A stretch of DNA of 64,000 bases, taken from assembly GCA_030390025.1 (NCBI GenBank), contig CM059432.1, positions 51,152,001-51,216,000 on the forward strand. Reading direction: 5' to 3'. The notes under the pieces were generated by a model that saw only the letters and a program-made list of their open reading frames with translations, made no database searches and was not told the origin of the DNA. Of this stretch, positions 48,800 through 62,533 are shown in pieces. A program made the position numbers and the translations under genes. The stretch comes from Squalus acanthias (taxonomy: Eukaryota). The first letter of the stretch is position 1. Each line of letters starts with the position of its first letter.

Positions 48800-50130
48800 C
48801 AGCAAAACAGATCAATGCTCCATGAATGTTTGTCTCTTCAAAAATAGGCCCATGAGATTCGGGTCTCTAGGCTCCGCAGTTGAGGACAGTCATTGCTTCC
48901 TTCTCCAGAAAGGCACAGCTGGCTCCTCCTGCTCACTGGTACTCAGTGCATCACTCTGTGATGTACCCTCTGCTTCTCAATTTACATCCTCCCGAGTGGG
49001 AGTATCTGGGCTGTGCTTGAAATAATAAGGCGCCATGATGGAATCGATGAGTCTGCTGCCGAAGTGGTCACTCTGCAGCTGCCAGGCTGCTCTTCAGATC
49101 CTTCATTTTTTATAAGTCCATCACGTGGGTGGGATAGAAAGCGAATAGTTCTAGGAGGGTGGACTCCCACATGTGATGTACAAGAAGTGACTGAAGTCTG
49201 GAAACTGTAACAACTCACTGTACTGTAGGCGATTCACTCTGTTAACAAACATTTCCCACCTCCCCAGTGTGTCTCCTAAGGAGCTGACAAACTTTCTCCT
49301 CGTGCCTACTTAAGGGCCTGATTGTTGCTATTTCTCCACCTGTGGTACTTCTTTGCCGCTGATTATGGGCGACCTTTTCCTTTGGATGGCATCTGATTGA
49401 CAGAACATTTAATTTCTCTCTGGCATCTAAAGCCGTTTAATCGTAGAATGCTTTCAGGTGCCAGGTATGCAACAGACTCTTCACTTTTGACTGTAACATT
49501 TTAACCTTTGATCGCAGGAATTGGGATAAGGCACGGGTGTGAAGTGCCTTGTAAATATTCATCCATCGATTTACACTGCGCAGGCACAATATATCTGGAG
49601 GTGAGTCATGCTTCTAACATTCTTTTCGGATGTTCATGGTTACGCATGACTTCACTTAACTTGACCAACCTCGTAAGATCATTGAAATGTTTCTGGCTCT
49701 GTTTAGGGGGTTCAGGGGGTGGATGAGGTGGCACTGACTGCCTGGACCACCCTCTTCTGGAACTTGCTATATTGGGTGCTGAAGAGCCACTATCTTCTTC
49801 CTCTCATCTCCACCAATAGAGTATGTCCACCACAGCAGATGGCTCTGATGCCGTTCCTTTCTCTGTCATTTCAAACCAGTTTTGTGCTCTCTCTCTCTCT
49901 TTCCTCTTTGTTCCTTCAAGTGAGTGTTTCTGCCCCTACAAACAATGACAGCTTCTTAAATGCTGCACCTGAACCTCATTTCCCGAACCCAAGTGGCAGT
50001 AAACCAGTCAGGAACAGGAATACCACTGAAAATCCACCCTGGATGTGAAGAGATCGCAAAGTCTCTGTTTGAAGAATGGACTCAGTCGAGAATATTTTGT
50101 GGACTTTATGGGATTTTTCTGAGGGTATTT
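48800..50130 (-). mobile_element. Highly decayed Harbinger Myb/SANT gene relic
   Basis: Minus strand near 49660-49700 reads QKHFNDLTRLVK, the exon-1 end motif of the other copies. Confidence 0.5.
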
Positions 50131-50208
50131 TCCCTGTGATGGGATCACCCTGTGCAGATACGTGAAAAACTGGTTTGTTAAAACTCCAGAGAACGCATGG
50201 CAGTTGGC

Positions 50209-51279
50209 TGTGACAAAAGAACTGTCAGTCATCCAGAATGTATGGGTTCGCCCGACAGTCCTGGAAAAAGGAAGGTGGGGGGTGCCATTGACAAAGGGGC
50301 TGAGGACCCTGAGGCACCCGTTAACTTGAACCTATTAGAAAGCCACTCTAATATGCAAAAGCACTTCTCACCTCCATCTCAGAAGAGAAGCAGAACAATG
50401 AACCCACTAGCCTAGCCAGCCGAAGAGGAGCCAGTTTTTCCCAACACAAAGACCGAGATATGTCCCAGACTTAGGGCCATTAGTCCAATCATGGAATACT
50501 CATGGGTCTGATGATGGCCCATCGCTGACTAAGCACCGGAGTGCTTAGAAACAAAAGGATTTTAAAGATTGGCGGGAAAGATAGGGGTAGCAAGACTCCT
50601 AATAGATAGATCCTTTTCCACCATTCTCTCTCTCTCTCGCTCTCGCTCCACCAAGATCGACCTAACAAGAAGAAATACCAGAGGAAGAAGCCGCTGAGAC
50701 TGAGAACCGCATACCCCTCACAGAGAACGGCCTCCAGGCAGTGACTTCCCACAGCTGAGCGGAGCGATCGAAACCGACTGTGTGTGGTGGTAAGCATGGT
50801 CTCGAGTGTCCCAAGCTGGTAACCAAATATCTCAGGCGAGCTGGGTGAGGTGTAAGGGCTCAGGGTTTTTCTCAGAAGTTAAGTTTTTTTGGGCTATTCC
50901 GGGGTGAAGCTTCGTTTGGTTCAGCCAGGCGAAGGGGCTTATGCGTCTGGGTAATTCATTGGTAGGGGTGGAGTTAGAGTCCACCATAGCAACAAGGGAA
51001 TTACTGCTTGTTATAGTCCCCAGTTGTGTTCTGTATGTATGTTGTTTGTAACCTGGATCTTATTCTCCACAGAGACAGTGATTTTGTTTAGTAGTGCATG
51101 TTTTAGCCAGTGTATGTTAGACCAAATAAATATAAGTATGATTTTTCACCGAAGCATTCCTGTCCGTGACTTATTCCATTTACACTCTGAATAATAATTC
51201 CCAGGTATAGAACTTTCGTAAGGCGGGGGCAATTCGAACCGTCCGTCTAGCAATTGGGCTTGGATCAAAACCGCTTACA
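50209..51279 (+). mobile_element. Possible solo LTR
   Basis: TGT...ACA ends, (CT)n tract, AATAAA at 51125; no TSD found, ends uncertain. Confidence 0.4.
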
Positions 51280-51621
51280 GATGTGACATGAGGCCCACCC
51301 CAAGAAGGTTCTGTTGGCTCCTAATGGTATGATTTCTAGCAGGCAGACGAAAATACAGCCCCATATCTCGGTGCTCATTAAATTTTATCACTTGGAGAGG
51401 AAACCAACTCACTTTTATCCACAGAGAAAACAAAGTAACAGAGCTTTCTCTGAGCAACTCACACTCTGATTAAATTTTCACACATACTCAGAACTGTTCC
51501 ACATGTCCTGATAACACAAATGCTTTCTCCTCATTTTTACTTGTTTCATTTTCATATACTGTACTGTATAAAAAAACTTCTTATACAGTGTCCTGGCCAA
51601 TAATTATTCCTCAACCAACAT

Positions 51622-52040
51622 CATCAACAACAACATCTTGCATTTATATAGCACCTTTAACGTAGCAAAACATCCCAAGGCACTTCATAGGAGTGTTATC
51701 AAACAAAATTTGACACCGAGTCACATAAGGAGATATTAGGGCAGATGACCAAAAGCTTGGTCAATGAGGTAGGTTTTAAGGAGCGTCTTAAAGGAGGAGA
51801 GAGAGGTAGAGAGAGAGGCGGAGAGGTTTAGGCAGGGAATTCCAGAGCTTAGGGCCCAGGCAGCTGAACGTCAAGAGGCCAGAATTAGAGGAGCACAGAT
51901 ATCTCAGCGGGTTGTGGGGCTCAAGGAGATTACAGAGCTAGGGAGGGGCAAAGCCATGGAGGGATTTGAAAACAAGGATGAGAATTTTAAAATCAAGGCG
52001 TTGCTTAACCAGGAGCCAATGTAGGTCAGCAAGCACAGCG
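51622..52040 (-). mobile_element. L2 3' fragment
   Basis: Matches 44517-44960. Confidence 0.88.
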
Positions 52041-52061
52041 AACACTAAAAGCAGATGGCAA

Positions 52062-52445
52062 AAGAAAGACGTGCATTTATATGGCGACTTTCACAATCTC
52101 AGGATGTCCCAAAGTGCTTTACAACCAATAAAGTACTTTTTTAAGTGTTGTCACTGTTGTAATGTAGGAAACGTGGCAGCCAATTTGCGCATAGCAAGCT
52201 CCCACAAACAGCAATGTGATAATGACCAGATAATCTGATTTTTTTTGTTATGTTGATTGAGAGATAAATATTGGCAGGACACCGGGGATAACTCCCCTGC
52301 TCTTCTTCGAAATACTGCCATGGGACCTTTTACGTCCACCTGAGAGCGCAGACAGGGCCTCGGTTTAACGTCTCATCTGAAAGACTGCCCCTCTGGCAAT
52401 GCAGTACTCCCTCAGTACTGCACTGGAGTGTCAGCTGAGATTTTT
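52062..52445 (-). mobile_element. DeuSINE copy
   Basis: Reverse complement of the core and tail of 16364-18476. Confidence 0.88.
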
Positions 52446-52713
52446 GTGGGAACCTTGGTGGCCAGTTAAAATAGCCATGGTTAGCTGCTGGAAAGATCTC
52501 AGGAACTCGCCATTTGGAATTTTAAACTGTTCTACTGAGCAGGTAACGAGAACATCCACTGAAAAAAGTGGGATCCTTCTTTACATATGCAATGCAGTAC
52601 GCCCTCAGTATTGCACTGCAGTGTCAGCCTAGATTTTTGTGCTCAAGTCTCTAGAATGGAATCTGGTCATGCTGTTTGTGGGATCATGCTGTGTGCAAAT
52701 TGACTGCCGCATT

Positions 52714-55700
52714 TTTAATTTTTTTTAAATTCGTTTATGGGATGTGGGCGTCGCTGGCAAGGCCAGCATTTATTGCCCATCCCTAGTTGCCCTTGAGAAG
52801 GTGGTGGTGAGCCGCCTTCTTGAACCGCTGCAGTCCGTCTGGTGAAGGTACTCCCACAGTGCTGTAGGGAGGGAGTTCCAGGATTTTGACCCAGCGATGA
52901 TGAAGGATCGGCGATGTACTTCTAAGTCAGGATGGTGTGTAACTTGGAGGGGAAATTGGAGGTGGTGGTGTTCCCATGCGCCTGCTGCCCTTGTCCTTCT
53001 AGGTGATAGAGGTCGCGGGTTTGGGAGGTGCTGCCGAAGAAGCCTTGGCGAGTTGCTGCAGTGCATCTTGTAGATGGTACACACTGCAGCCACGGTACGC
53101 CGATGGTGGAGGGAGTGAATGTTTAAGGTGGTGGATGGGGTACCAATCAAGCGGGCTGCTTTGTCCTGGATGGTGTCGAGCTTCTTGAGTGTTGTTGGAG
53201 CTGCACTCATCCAGGCTAGTGGAGAGTATTCCATCACACTCCTGACTTGTGTCTTGTAGATGGTGGAAAGGCTTTGGGGAGTCAGGAGGTGAGACACTCA
53301 CCGCAGAATACCTAGCCTCTGATCTGCTCTTGTTGCCACAGTATTTATGTGGCTGGTCCAGTTAAGTTTCTGGTCAATGGTGACCCCCAGGATGTTGATG
53401 GTGGGGAATTCGGAGATGGTAATCCCGTTGAATGTCAAGGGGAGGTGGTTAGACTGTCACTTGTTAGAGATAGTCATTGCCTGGGACTGCTGTGGCGCGA
53501 ATGTTACCTGCCACTTATCAGCCTAAGCCTGAACGTCGTGCAGGTCTTGTTGCATGCGGGCATGGACTGCTTCATTATCTGAGGAGTTGTGAATGGCGCT
53601 GAACACTGTGCAGTCATCAGCGAATATCCCTATTTCTGATCTTATGTTGGAGGGAAGGTCATTGATGAAGCAGCTGAAGATGGTTGGGCCTAGGACACTG
53701 CTCTGAGGAACTCCTGCAGCGATGTCCTGGGGCTGTGATGATTGACCTTCAACCACCACAGCCATCTTCCTTTGTGCTAGTTATGACTCCAGCCAGTGTA
53801 GCGTTTTCCTCTCGATTCCCATTGATTTCAGTTTTACTAGGGCTCCTTGATGCCACACTCGGTCAAATGCTGCCTTGATATCCAGGGCAGTTACTCTCAC
53901 CTCAGCTCTGGAATTCAGCTCCTTTGTCCATGTTTGGACCAAGGCTGTAATGAGGTCAGGAGCCAAGTGGTCTTCGCTGAACCCAAACTGGGCAGCCGTG
54001 AGCAGGTTATTGGTGAGTAAGTGCCGCTAGATAACACTGTCGATGACACCTTCCATCACTTTGCTGATGATTGAGAGTAGACTGATGGGGCGGTAATTGG
54101 CCGGGTTGGATTTGTCCTGCTTTTTGTGGACAGGACATACCTGGGCAGTTTTCCACATTGTTGGATAGATGCCAGTGTTGTATCTGTACTGGAACAGCTT
54201 GGCTAGAGGCGTGGCTAGTTTTGGAGCACAAGTCTTCAGCATGATAGCAGGATGTTGTCGGGGCCCATAGCCGTTGCTGAATCCAGTGCGCTGAGCCGTT
54301 TCTTGATATCACGTGGAGTGAGTCGAATTGGCTGAAGACTGGCTTCTGTGATGGTGATAGATTCTATAGATATGTGAAGAGAAAAAGATTGGTGAAGTCA
54401 AGCATAGGTCCCTTGCAGTCAGAATCAGGGGAATTTATAATGGGGAACAAAGAAATGGCAGACCAATTAAATACATACTTTGGTTCTGTCTTCACAAAGG
54501 AGGACACAAATAACCTCCCAGAGATGTCAGGGAACATAGGGTCTAATGAGAGGGAGGAACTGAATGAAATCAGTATTTGTAGGGAAATGGTGTTAGGGAA
54601 ATTGACGGGATTGAAGGCCGATAAATCCCCAGGGCCTGATAATCTACATCCTAGGATACTTAAGGAAGTGGCCCTAGAAATAGTAGATGCATTGCTGGTC
54701 ATCTTCCAAAATTCTATAGACTCTGGAACAGTTCCCATGGATTGGAGGGTAGCTAATGTAACCCCACTATTTAAAAAAGGAGGTAGAGAGAAAACAAGGA
54801 ATTATAGACCGGTAAGCCTGACATCGGTAGTGGGGAAAATGCTAGAGTCCATTATAAAAGATGTAATAGCAGAGCACTTGGAAAACAGTGACAGGATCGG
54901 ACAAAGTCAACATGGATTTACAAAAGGTAAATCATGCTTGACTAATCTACTGGAATTTTTTGAGGATGTAACTGGTAGAATAGATAAGGGAGAACCAGTG
55001 GATGTGGTGTATTTGGACTTTCAGAAGGCTTTCGATAAGGTCCCGCATAAGAGATTGACGTGCAAAGTTAAAGCACATGGGATTGGGGGTAAGGTACTGA
55101 CTTGGATAGAGAACTGGTTGGCAGACAGGAAGCAAAGAGTTGGAATAAACGGGTCTTTTTCCGAGTGGCAGGCAGTGACTAGTGGGGTACCGCAGGGATC
55201 GGTGCTAGGACCCCAGTTATTCACAATATATATTAATGATCTAGACGAGGGAACTAGATGTAATATCTCCAAGTTTGCAGACAACACAAAGCTGGGTGGG
55301 CGTGTGTGTTGTGAGGAGGATGCAGAGAAACTCCAGTATGATTTGGACAAGTTGGGTGATTGGGCAGAAGCATGGCAGATGCAGTATAATGTGGATAAAT
55401 ACGAGTTATCCACTTTGGTGGCAAAAACAGGAAGGCAGATTATTATCTGAACGGCAATAGTATGGGAAAAGGGGACGTGCAACGAGACCTGGGTGTCCTT
55501 ATGCACCAGTCGCTGAAGGTAAGCATGCAGGTGCAGCAGGCGGTTAAGAAGGCAAATGGTATGTTGGCCTTCATAGCGAGAGGATTTGAGTACAGGAGCA
55601 AGGATGTCTTGCTGCAGTTGTACAGGGTCTTGGTGAGACCACACCTTGAGTATTGTGTGCAGTTTTGGTCGCCTTATCTGAGGAAGGATGTTCTTGCCAT

Positions 55701-57607
55701 GGAGGGAGTGCAGCGAAGATTTACCAGACTGATACCTGGGATGGCAGGAATGACGTATGAAGAGAGATTGGGACGATTGGGCTTGTATTTGCTAGAGTTT
55801 AGAAGAATGAGAGGGGATCTCATTGAAACTTATAAAATTCTAACAGGACTAGACACAGGAAGGATGTTCCCGATGGCGGGGGAGTCCAGAACCAGGGGTC
55901 ACAGTCTAAGGATAAGGGGTAAGCCATTTAGGACTGAGATGAGGAGGAATTTCTTCACCCAGAGAGTGGTGAACCTGTGGAATTCTCTACCACAGAAGGC
56001 AATTGAGGCCAATTCCTTAAATATATTCAAGAAGGAGATAGATATATTTCTTAAGGCTAAAGGGATATGGGGAGAAAGCAGGGACAGGGTACTGAATTTG
56101 GATGATGAGCCATGATCTCATTAAATGGCGGAGCAGGCTCGAGGGGCCGAATGGCCTACTCCTGGTCCTATCTTCTATGTTTCTATGGTGGTGACTTCAG
56201 GAGTAGGCCAATATGGATCATCCACTCTGCACTTCTGGCTGAAGATGGTTGCAAACGCTTCAGCCTTGTCTTTTAGACTCATGTGCTGGGCTCCACCATC
56301 ATTGAGGATGGGGATATTCATGGAGCCTCCTCCTCCCGTTAGTTGTTTAATGGTCCACCACCATTCACAACTGGATGTGGCAGGACTGCAGAGCTTTGAT
56401 CTGATCCGTTGATTGTGGGATCACTTAGCTCTGTCTATAGCATGCTGCTTCTGCTTTTTAGCATGCATGCAGTCCTGTATTGCAGCTCTCCACCTCATTT
56501 TTAGGTACTCCTGATACTGCTCCTGGCATGCTCTTCTACACTTGTTGTTGAACCAGGGTTGGTCCCCTGGCTTGGTGGTAATGGTAGTGTGAGGGATATG
56601 CCAGGCCATGAGGTTACAGATTGAGGTGGAATACAATTCTGCTGCTGCTGCCCCAGAGCACCTCATGGATGCCCAGTTTTGAGCTACTAGATCTGTTCTG
56701 AATCTATCCCATTTAGCACGGTGGTAGTGCCACACAACACGATTGAGGGTGTTCTCAGTGTGAAGACGGGACTTCATCTCCACAATGACTGTGGGGTGGT
56801 CACTGCTGCCATGGACAGATGCATCTGCGACAGGTAGATTGATGAGGACTAGGTTTTGCCCTAGTGTTGGTTCTCTCACCACCTGTCGCAGGCCCAGATT
56901 GGCAGTTAAGTCCTTCAGGACTCGGCCAGTCGTGGTGCTACCGAGGCACTCTTGGTTCATTGAAGTCCCCCACCCAGAGTATATTCTGTGCCCTTACTAC
57001 TCTCAGTGCTTCTTTCAAGTGGTGTTCAACATGGAGGAGTACTGATTCATCAGCAGGTGATAATCAGCAGGCGGTTTCCTTGCCCATGCTCAACTTCATC
57101 AGGTCCGGAGTCAATGTTGAGGACTCCCAGGGCCACTCCTTCCCGACTATATACCACTGTGCCACCACCCTTTGGTGATTGTGATGGAAGAGTTCGGGAC
57201 ATTGGCTGAAAGGTATGTGAGTATGAGTATGACAACTCTCCCAATTTTGGCACAAGTCCCCAGATGTTGGTGAGGAGGACTTTGCAGGGCTGGGTTTGCC
57301 GTGTCCGTGTCTGCAGCTGTCCGTCCGATTTCATTCTTTTTCATAGCAGTTTCTAGGCTAGACATTGCTGTGGGTCTGGAATCACACATAGGCCAGGCCG
57401 GACAGCAGATTTCCTTCCCTAAAGGACAGTTAGTGAACCAGATGGGCTTTTACGACAATCAGATAGTTTCATGGTTACCATTACTGTTACCAGTAATTAT
57501 TCCAGATTTATTTAATTAACTGAATTTAAATTCCCCAGTTGCCGTAGGATTTGAATTCACGTCTCTGGATTAATAGCCCAGTGACATTACCACTACGCTA
57601 CCGTTCC
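52714..57607 (-). mobile_element. Apparently full-length LINE family B with tRNA-derived 5' head, split by a CR1 family A insertion
   Basis: Head 57607-57340, APE start VLLTNIWGL at ~57280, APE to ~56190, RT 54350-52770, tail to ~52714; degraded by frameshifts. Confidence 0.85.
54357..56184 (+). mobile_element. 5'-truncated CR1 family A inserted into LINE B
   Basis: ORFs 54374..55450 and 55462..56115; tail ttctatgtttctatg; probable TSD ATGGTG (54351-56, 56185-90). Confidence 0.93.
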
Positions 57608-57740
57608 CTTACATTACATTCTTACTTTACAACAGTGACTATACTTCAAAAGTACTTCATTAGTTGTAAAACATGTTGGGACAGCCTGAGGTCATGAAAG
57701 GTGCTATATAAATGCAAGCCTTTCTTTCTTTCTTTTTTTC
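57608..57740 (+). mobile_element. DeuSINE 3' tail, continuation of 52660-52713
   Basis: tacattaca...acaacagtgactatacttcaaaagtacttc...gctatataaatgcaagcc(tttc)n. Confidence 0.8.
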
Positions 57741-58071
57741 TTTCTCCGATCTTGTTGCTGTGCCTGGATCCAGGCCTGGATCTGCCAAGATCATGGGGAA
57801 ACATTTTTTTTTGAAAATTACAAGTATCCCCTTGACACAACCTGCCAAAGGCCTGCTCCTCCTCCTCTTCCCCTGACCCTGTGAATATTTATTCTACCAT
57901 ACATCATCATACATCAATTCAAACTTATCAGCTTCATATGTGTGCATGCTATCACCTTACCATGTTGACAAAGCTTGTTTCATGGAGAAAATTGTTTAGT
58001 GTAGCCTGTTAGTGGTAAAAAAAAATGCCATTTCAGTAAGTATAGGCCCAGAACCAACAGAGGTACTTAGA

Positions 58072-58165
58072 TTAAAATCAGAAAATGGTGGAAACACTCA
58101 GCAGGTCAGGCAGCATCTGTGGAGAGAGAAATAGAGTTAACGTTTTAGGTCAATGACCTTTCATT
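58072..58165 (-). mobile_element. Penelope pseudo-LTR fragment with broken hammerhead
   Basis: Reverse complement of 19574-19665; GAAA mutated and CTGA missing. Confidence 0.7.
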
Positions 58166-58394
58166 GGGTATTTGGATTTTGTTTTTGCTCATTAAAGAAG
58201 ACAAAAAGACTATGATTAATTTTACTTATTTTTTGCTTACTCTCATAGTTTTGATCATTTGTATCTGGGCTTCCAGTTGGACCTGACTTTGACAAATAGG
58301 GGGCGATTTTAACCCAGCTGCTCAGTGGAAACCGGGCAGGTGGGCAGCAACGTTCCCTATAAGCTGCGCACCATGTGTTAAAGTTCGTGCATGC

Positions 58395-58515
58395 AGGGAT
58401 ATGGGGAAAAAGCGGGGGAGTGGGACTAACTGGATTGCTCTACGAAAGAGCCGGTGGAGACTCAGTGGGTCGAATGGCCTCCTTCCATGCTGTACTATTC
58501 TATGATTCCATGATT
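58395..58515 (+). mobile_element. CR1 3' tail
   Basis: gggatatggggaaaaagcggg...gaatggcctcctt...ttctatgattccatgatt. Confidence 0.7.
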
Positions 58516-59223
58516 CCTGAACGCAAGATAGCCTTGGAAGCCAAACCCGTCAACCACTTTGTGTTGGTGGGTGGTCTTTGGACTGCTCAGTTTTTCACCA
58601 CTTCCCGCCAACATCCCACCCATTCAGGATGAGAAATCGTCCCCTCTCGATTTTTCACAGAATCTTCACCACCCCCCCCTCCCCCGCCCCCCACTTCAGC
58701 CTTTTCCCTACATCAGTGAATACATCAGTGGGTTGGTATCTACCCACCCTTTTCTTCTCCCATACTCCTGGGCCATGCTACCCTCTCCCTCTGCTATTCG
58801 GCTTTATTCACAGTACCTGAAATTGAGAAATGAACAACTCGATACGGACCAACGCTCCTCAATGTACAGGTAAAATTCCAAATCAGCTCTGACTCCAGAT
58901 TTACACTACAATTTCACTGTCAGTGATGATAAACTGCTTCCGACTGACACGCCAGGTGTAGTGTAAATGCAGCCTAAGTGTCTATGATCCCATAAAGTTA
59001 AACAAATTAGGAACATTAACATTCTCTATCAAGCTGAACACATTTTTATTATGAAGATAGATCACTAATATTTCCTTCTGAAAATATAGCTGTTTTGAGA
59101 GTATATTCATAGTATTGTGAGCCAACATTAACTACAATTGTCCTTTGCATTTCTGAATGCTATGAAATTGAAAATGTGCTGAGGAAACGATCATGAAAAC
59201 CTTTTTACACAAAGAAATATAAT

Positions 59224-59580
59224 GGGCCTGAATTTGCAATCGGACGCCTCCGATCTGAAATAAAAGTACGATGGTCCCGTACCTATGAAGACTCATGCTC
59301 CTGGGCCTGCAGGCGTACGCCTGTGTAAAGGCCCACGTATCCCAGGGGCGCAAGCAGTTCGCAAGCGTCCCTGGGATCACGTGGGCCGGCCCAACCAATG
59401 AGACAGGGGGATCACCATTATGCTTATGGGGTTCCATTTATGTACAGAATCCCCATAAGTTTAATAGGAATCACCTGACAACACAAATTTCACACAACTT
59501 AAATAAAAATAAATCATTACATGGTCAAAATTAATTAAAATACAATGTAATTAAACACTTAAAACAAAAATTACATTTTT
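59224..59580. mobile_element. Left half of a hairpin-rich MITE relative
   Basis: Collinear with 17556-17940 (gcaagcgtccctgggatcacgtgggcc...ccaat, hairpin, AT tract). Confidence 0.75.
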
Positions 59581-61237
59581 TCCGGGGGGTCAGCAGGCGC
59601 GATTGGTGGCGGGTCGTGTGGGAAAGTGTTTTTTTCCCCAGCGGGTCAGAACCCCGCTGTGAACCTGCTGCCACGTGCCTTTCCCCGATGTTGGGTCTGT
59701 CAGCGCTAAGCAGACCCGACACGCAGTAGCGGGGGAGCCAACTTAAATGATGAGTGGCTTGTTTACAACCATTTAACAATAGTTTTAAACTGACCTTTTG
59801 AATTTGACAGCTTGCCCATGGTTTCACGCTGTTGCTAGACCACGTCTGTGAAACTGAGGCGGGAGGTTAGTGGCCATTGAATCAGCTGATGAGTTGACAG
59901 CTTCAAATGTCAAGTAAAAGCTCCCACCTTCCAGAGATATCTTCCCTCAGCCACAAGCTCTTCCTCATTGCATTTCCACAACAGATTATCCATACTGCAA
60001 GTCTTTACACAAGTCTCCATCCAGTCTGACCTCATTACCTCTCTCACCATTGACAGATCGCTTCTGTCATCTCTACTTCACCTGCCATCTCTACTTCACC
60101 TGCCATCCATTACATCAGCATCGGTGCACTTTATACTCTCCCAACTTTGTCCTCAGAATCCCACCACGATCAGCCCCAACACCAGTATCACCAGGCACAC
60201 CAGCAGCATTAATAACAACACCAACCTTCTCCGCAATCAACTGACGCTGCCCAGGACAAAGGGCATCAGCACCCGACCACGTTGCTGCCCGGGAGGCCAG
60301 GGATGGCCTCAGCATGGCCAGATTTAGAAATTGAGGGTGACCTTGATTGTCACTGAGAGAGCCGTGGTCGCCCTGATCTGAGGCTGGAGGTCTGGTTGCA
60401 GGAGGTGGCAGAGTTCTGTGACCACATCCTTGGTGAAGCGGAGCCGTCTAATACACTGCTCCTCGCTTAATTGGAGGAGAAGAACTGCTCTTGGAATACC
60501 CTCAGAGGTAAGACCTCCTGTTGAGAGCCCTGATGGCCCTCCTCCTCCCTCTGGCCGTAGATCCTGGAGGGTGAGGTCGACTGCCAGTACAGGCCCCCAT
60601 TACTGTAAGCCAAGTGTAGCAGTCTGATTTTTTAAAGAATAAATGTAGCTCATTTTTAGTTCCCACCACACTCCTGAAACAAAATAACCTTTAAATTACT
60701 GAATTAAACTGTTGCACAATGTGAAACTGACAAGAAAGCACTGAAACTCCACCAACCTGACAGCTGCAACTCACTACTCATAATCCCTTTAAATAACATC
60801 CCTTGAGCCGGCTTCTGGCTGCTTCATGCTAACTCGCCTTGTCGCTGTTTGGTCGAGGCGCTAAGGTAGGTGGTGACAATCAATTTCACTGATCGGGCAG
60901 CCAGTGAGCATTGCACGCTCACTAACGTCACGATCTGCCCGGCGTTGAAGTCCCCGGCAGTACCTCGTACCGGCGGCGCAACAGGGGGGCCGGATATGCT
61001 GTGCGGCACTAGATTTGCCTCATCCCGGTGCTACTGCATCAGGGCCCTCTGCTGGCGCTAATGGGAGGTGCTAAGGTACCGAATTTCTCCCCCTAAGACT
61101 TGAATTAGGACTCCAATCATTTCTTTAAGCAGTGAGCACAAATTTTGCGTGCAGTCTAAAGCATTAGCGCCTGGCGCTAATTCTCCAACTTTTCTAATTT
61201 TACCGCCCATTCCTGGTCTATAATGAATTTCTAGCCC
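59581..61237. mobile_element. Composite Harbinger remnants
   Basis: Minus-strand transposase N-terminal piece ~60600-60325; termini reading GGGGAGAAATT (61094) and GGGCTAGAAATT (61237) on the minus strand. Confidence 0.65.
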
Positions 61238-62497
61238 ATAGAATCATAGAATCACAGAAATTTATGGCACAGAGGAGGCCATTTGGCCCATCGTGTCTGT
61301 GCCAGCCAAAAAAGAGCTACCCAGCCTAATCCCACTTTCCAGCTCTTGGTCCATAGCCTTGGAGGTTACAGCACTTCAAGTGCATATCCAAGTACTTGTT
61401 AAATGTAATGATGGTTGCTGCCTCCTCCACCCTTTTAGGCAGTGAGTTCCAGACCCCCACCACCCTCTGGGTGGAAAAAGTTCTCCTCAAATCCCCTCCA
61501 ATCCTTCTACCAATTACTTTAAATCTATGCCCCCTGGTTATTGACCTCTCTGCTAAGTGAAACAGGTCCCTCCAATCCACTCTATCTAGGCCCCTCATAT
61601 TTTTATACACCTCAATTATGTCTCCCCTCAGCCTCTCTGCTCCAAAGAAAACAACCCCAGCCTATCCAATCTTTCCTCATAGCTAAAATTCTCCAGTCCT
61701 GGCAACATCCTCGTAAATCTCCTCTGTACCCTCTCTGGTGCAAGCACATCTTTCCTGTAATGTGGTGACCAGAACTGTACACAGTACTCTAGCTGTGGCC
61801 TAACTAGTGTTTTATACAGTTCAAGCATAACCTCCCTGCTCTTGTATTCTATGCCTCGGCTATTAAAGGAAAGTAGTCTGTAGGCCTTCTTAACCACCTT
61901 ATCTACCTGTCCTGCTACCTTCAATGATCTGTGGACATGCACTCCAAGGTCCCTCTGTTCCTCAACACTTCTCAGTATTCTACCATTTATTGTGTACTCC
62001 CTTGCCTTGTTAGCCCTCCCCAAATGTATTACCTCAAACTTCTCCTGATTGAATTCCATTTGCCATTTTTCTGCCCACCTGACCAGTCCATTGATATCTT
62101 CCTGCAGTCTACAGCTTTCTTGCTCACTATCAACCACGTGGCCAATTTTTGTATCATCTGCAAACTTCTTAACCATGCCCCCTACATTGAAGTCTAAATC
62201 AGTGATATATATCACAAAAAGCATGGGACCCAGTACTGAGCCCTGCGGAACCCCACTGGAAGCATCCTTCCAGTCACAAAAACACATGCCGACCATTACC
62301 CTTTGCAGCCCGCCACTGAGCCAATTTTGGATCCAACTTGCCACTTTCCCTTGGAACCCATGGTCTTTTGTTTTTCTGACAAGTCTGCCATGTGGGACCT
62401 TGTCAAAAGCCTTGCTGAAATCCATGTAGACTACATAAATACGCTACCCTCATCAACCCTCCTTGTTACCTCCTCAAAAAATTCAATTAAGTTAGTC

Positions 62498-62498
<1 letters not shown>
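61238..62498 (-). mobile_element. 5'-truncated CR1 (third family)
   Basis: MDFSKAFDKVPH, GVPQGSVLGP, FADD; tail (ttctatga)n. Confidence 0.92.

Positions 62499-62533
<35 letters not shown>

Noticed and set aside
48780..49250. Host coding exon
   Set aside because: Stops in the plausible frame; better explained as decayed Harbinger Myb exon 3.
58813..58869. Exon-like segment YLKLRNEQLDTDQRSSMYR
   Set aside because: Splice-like ends but too short, with no recognisable homology or partner exons.
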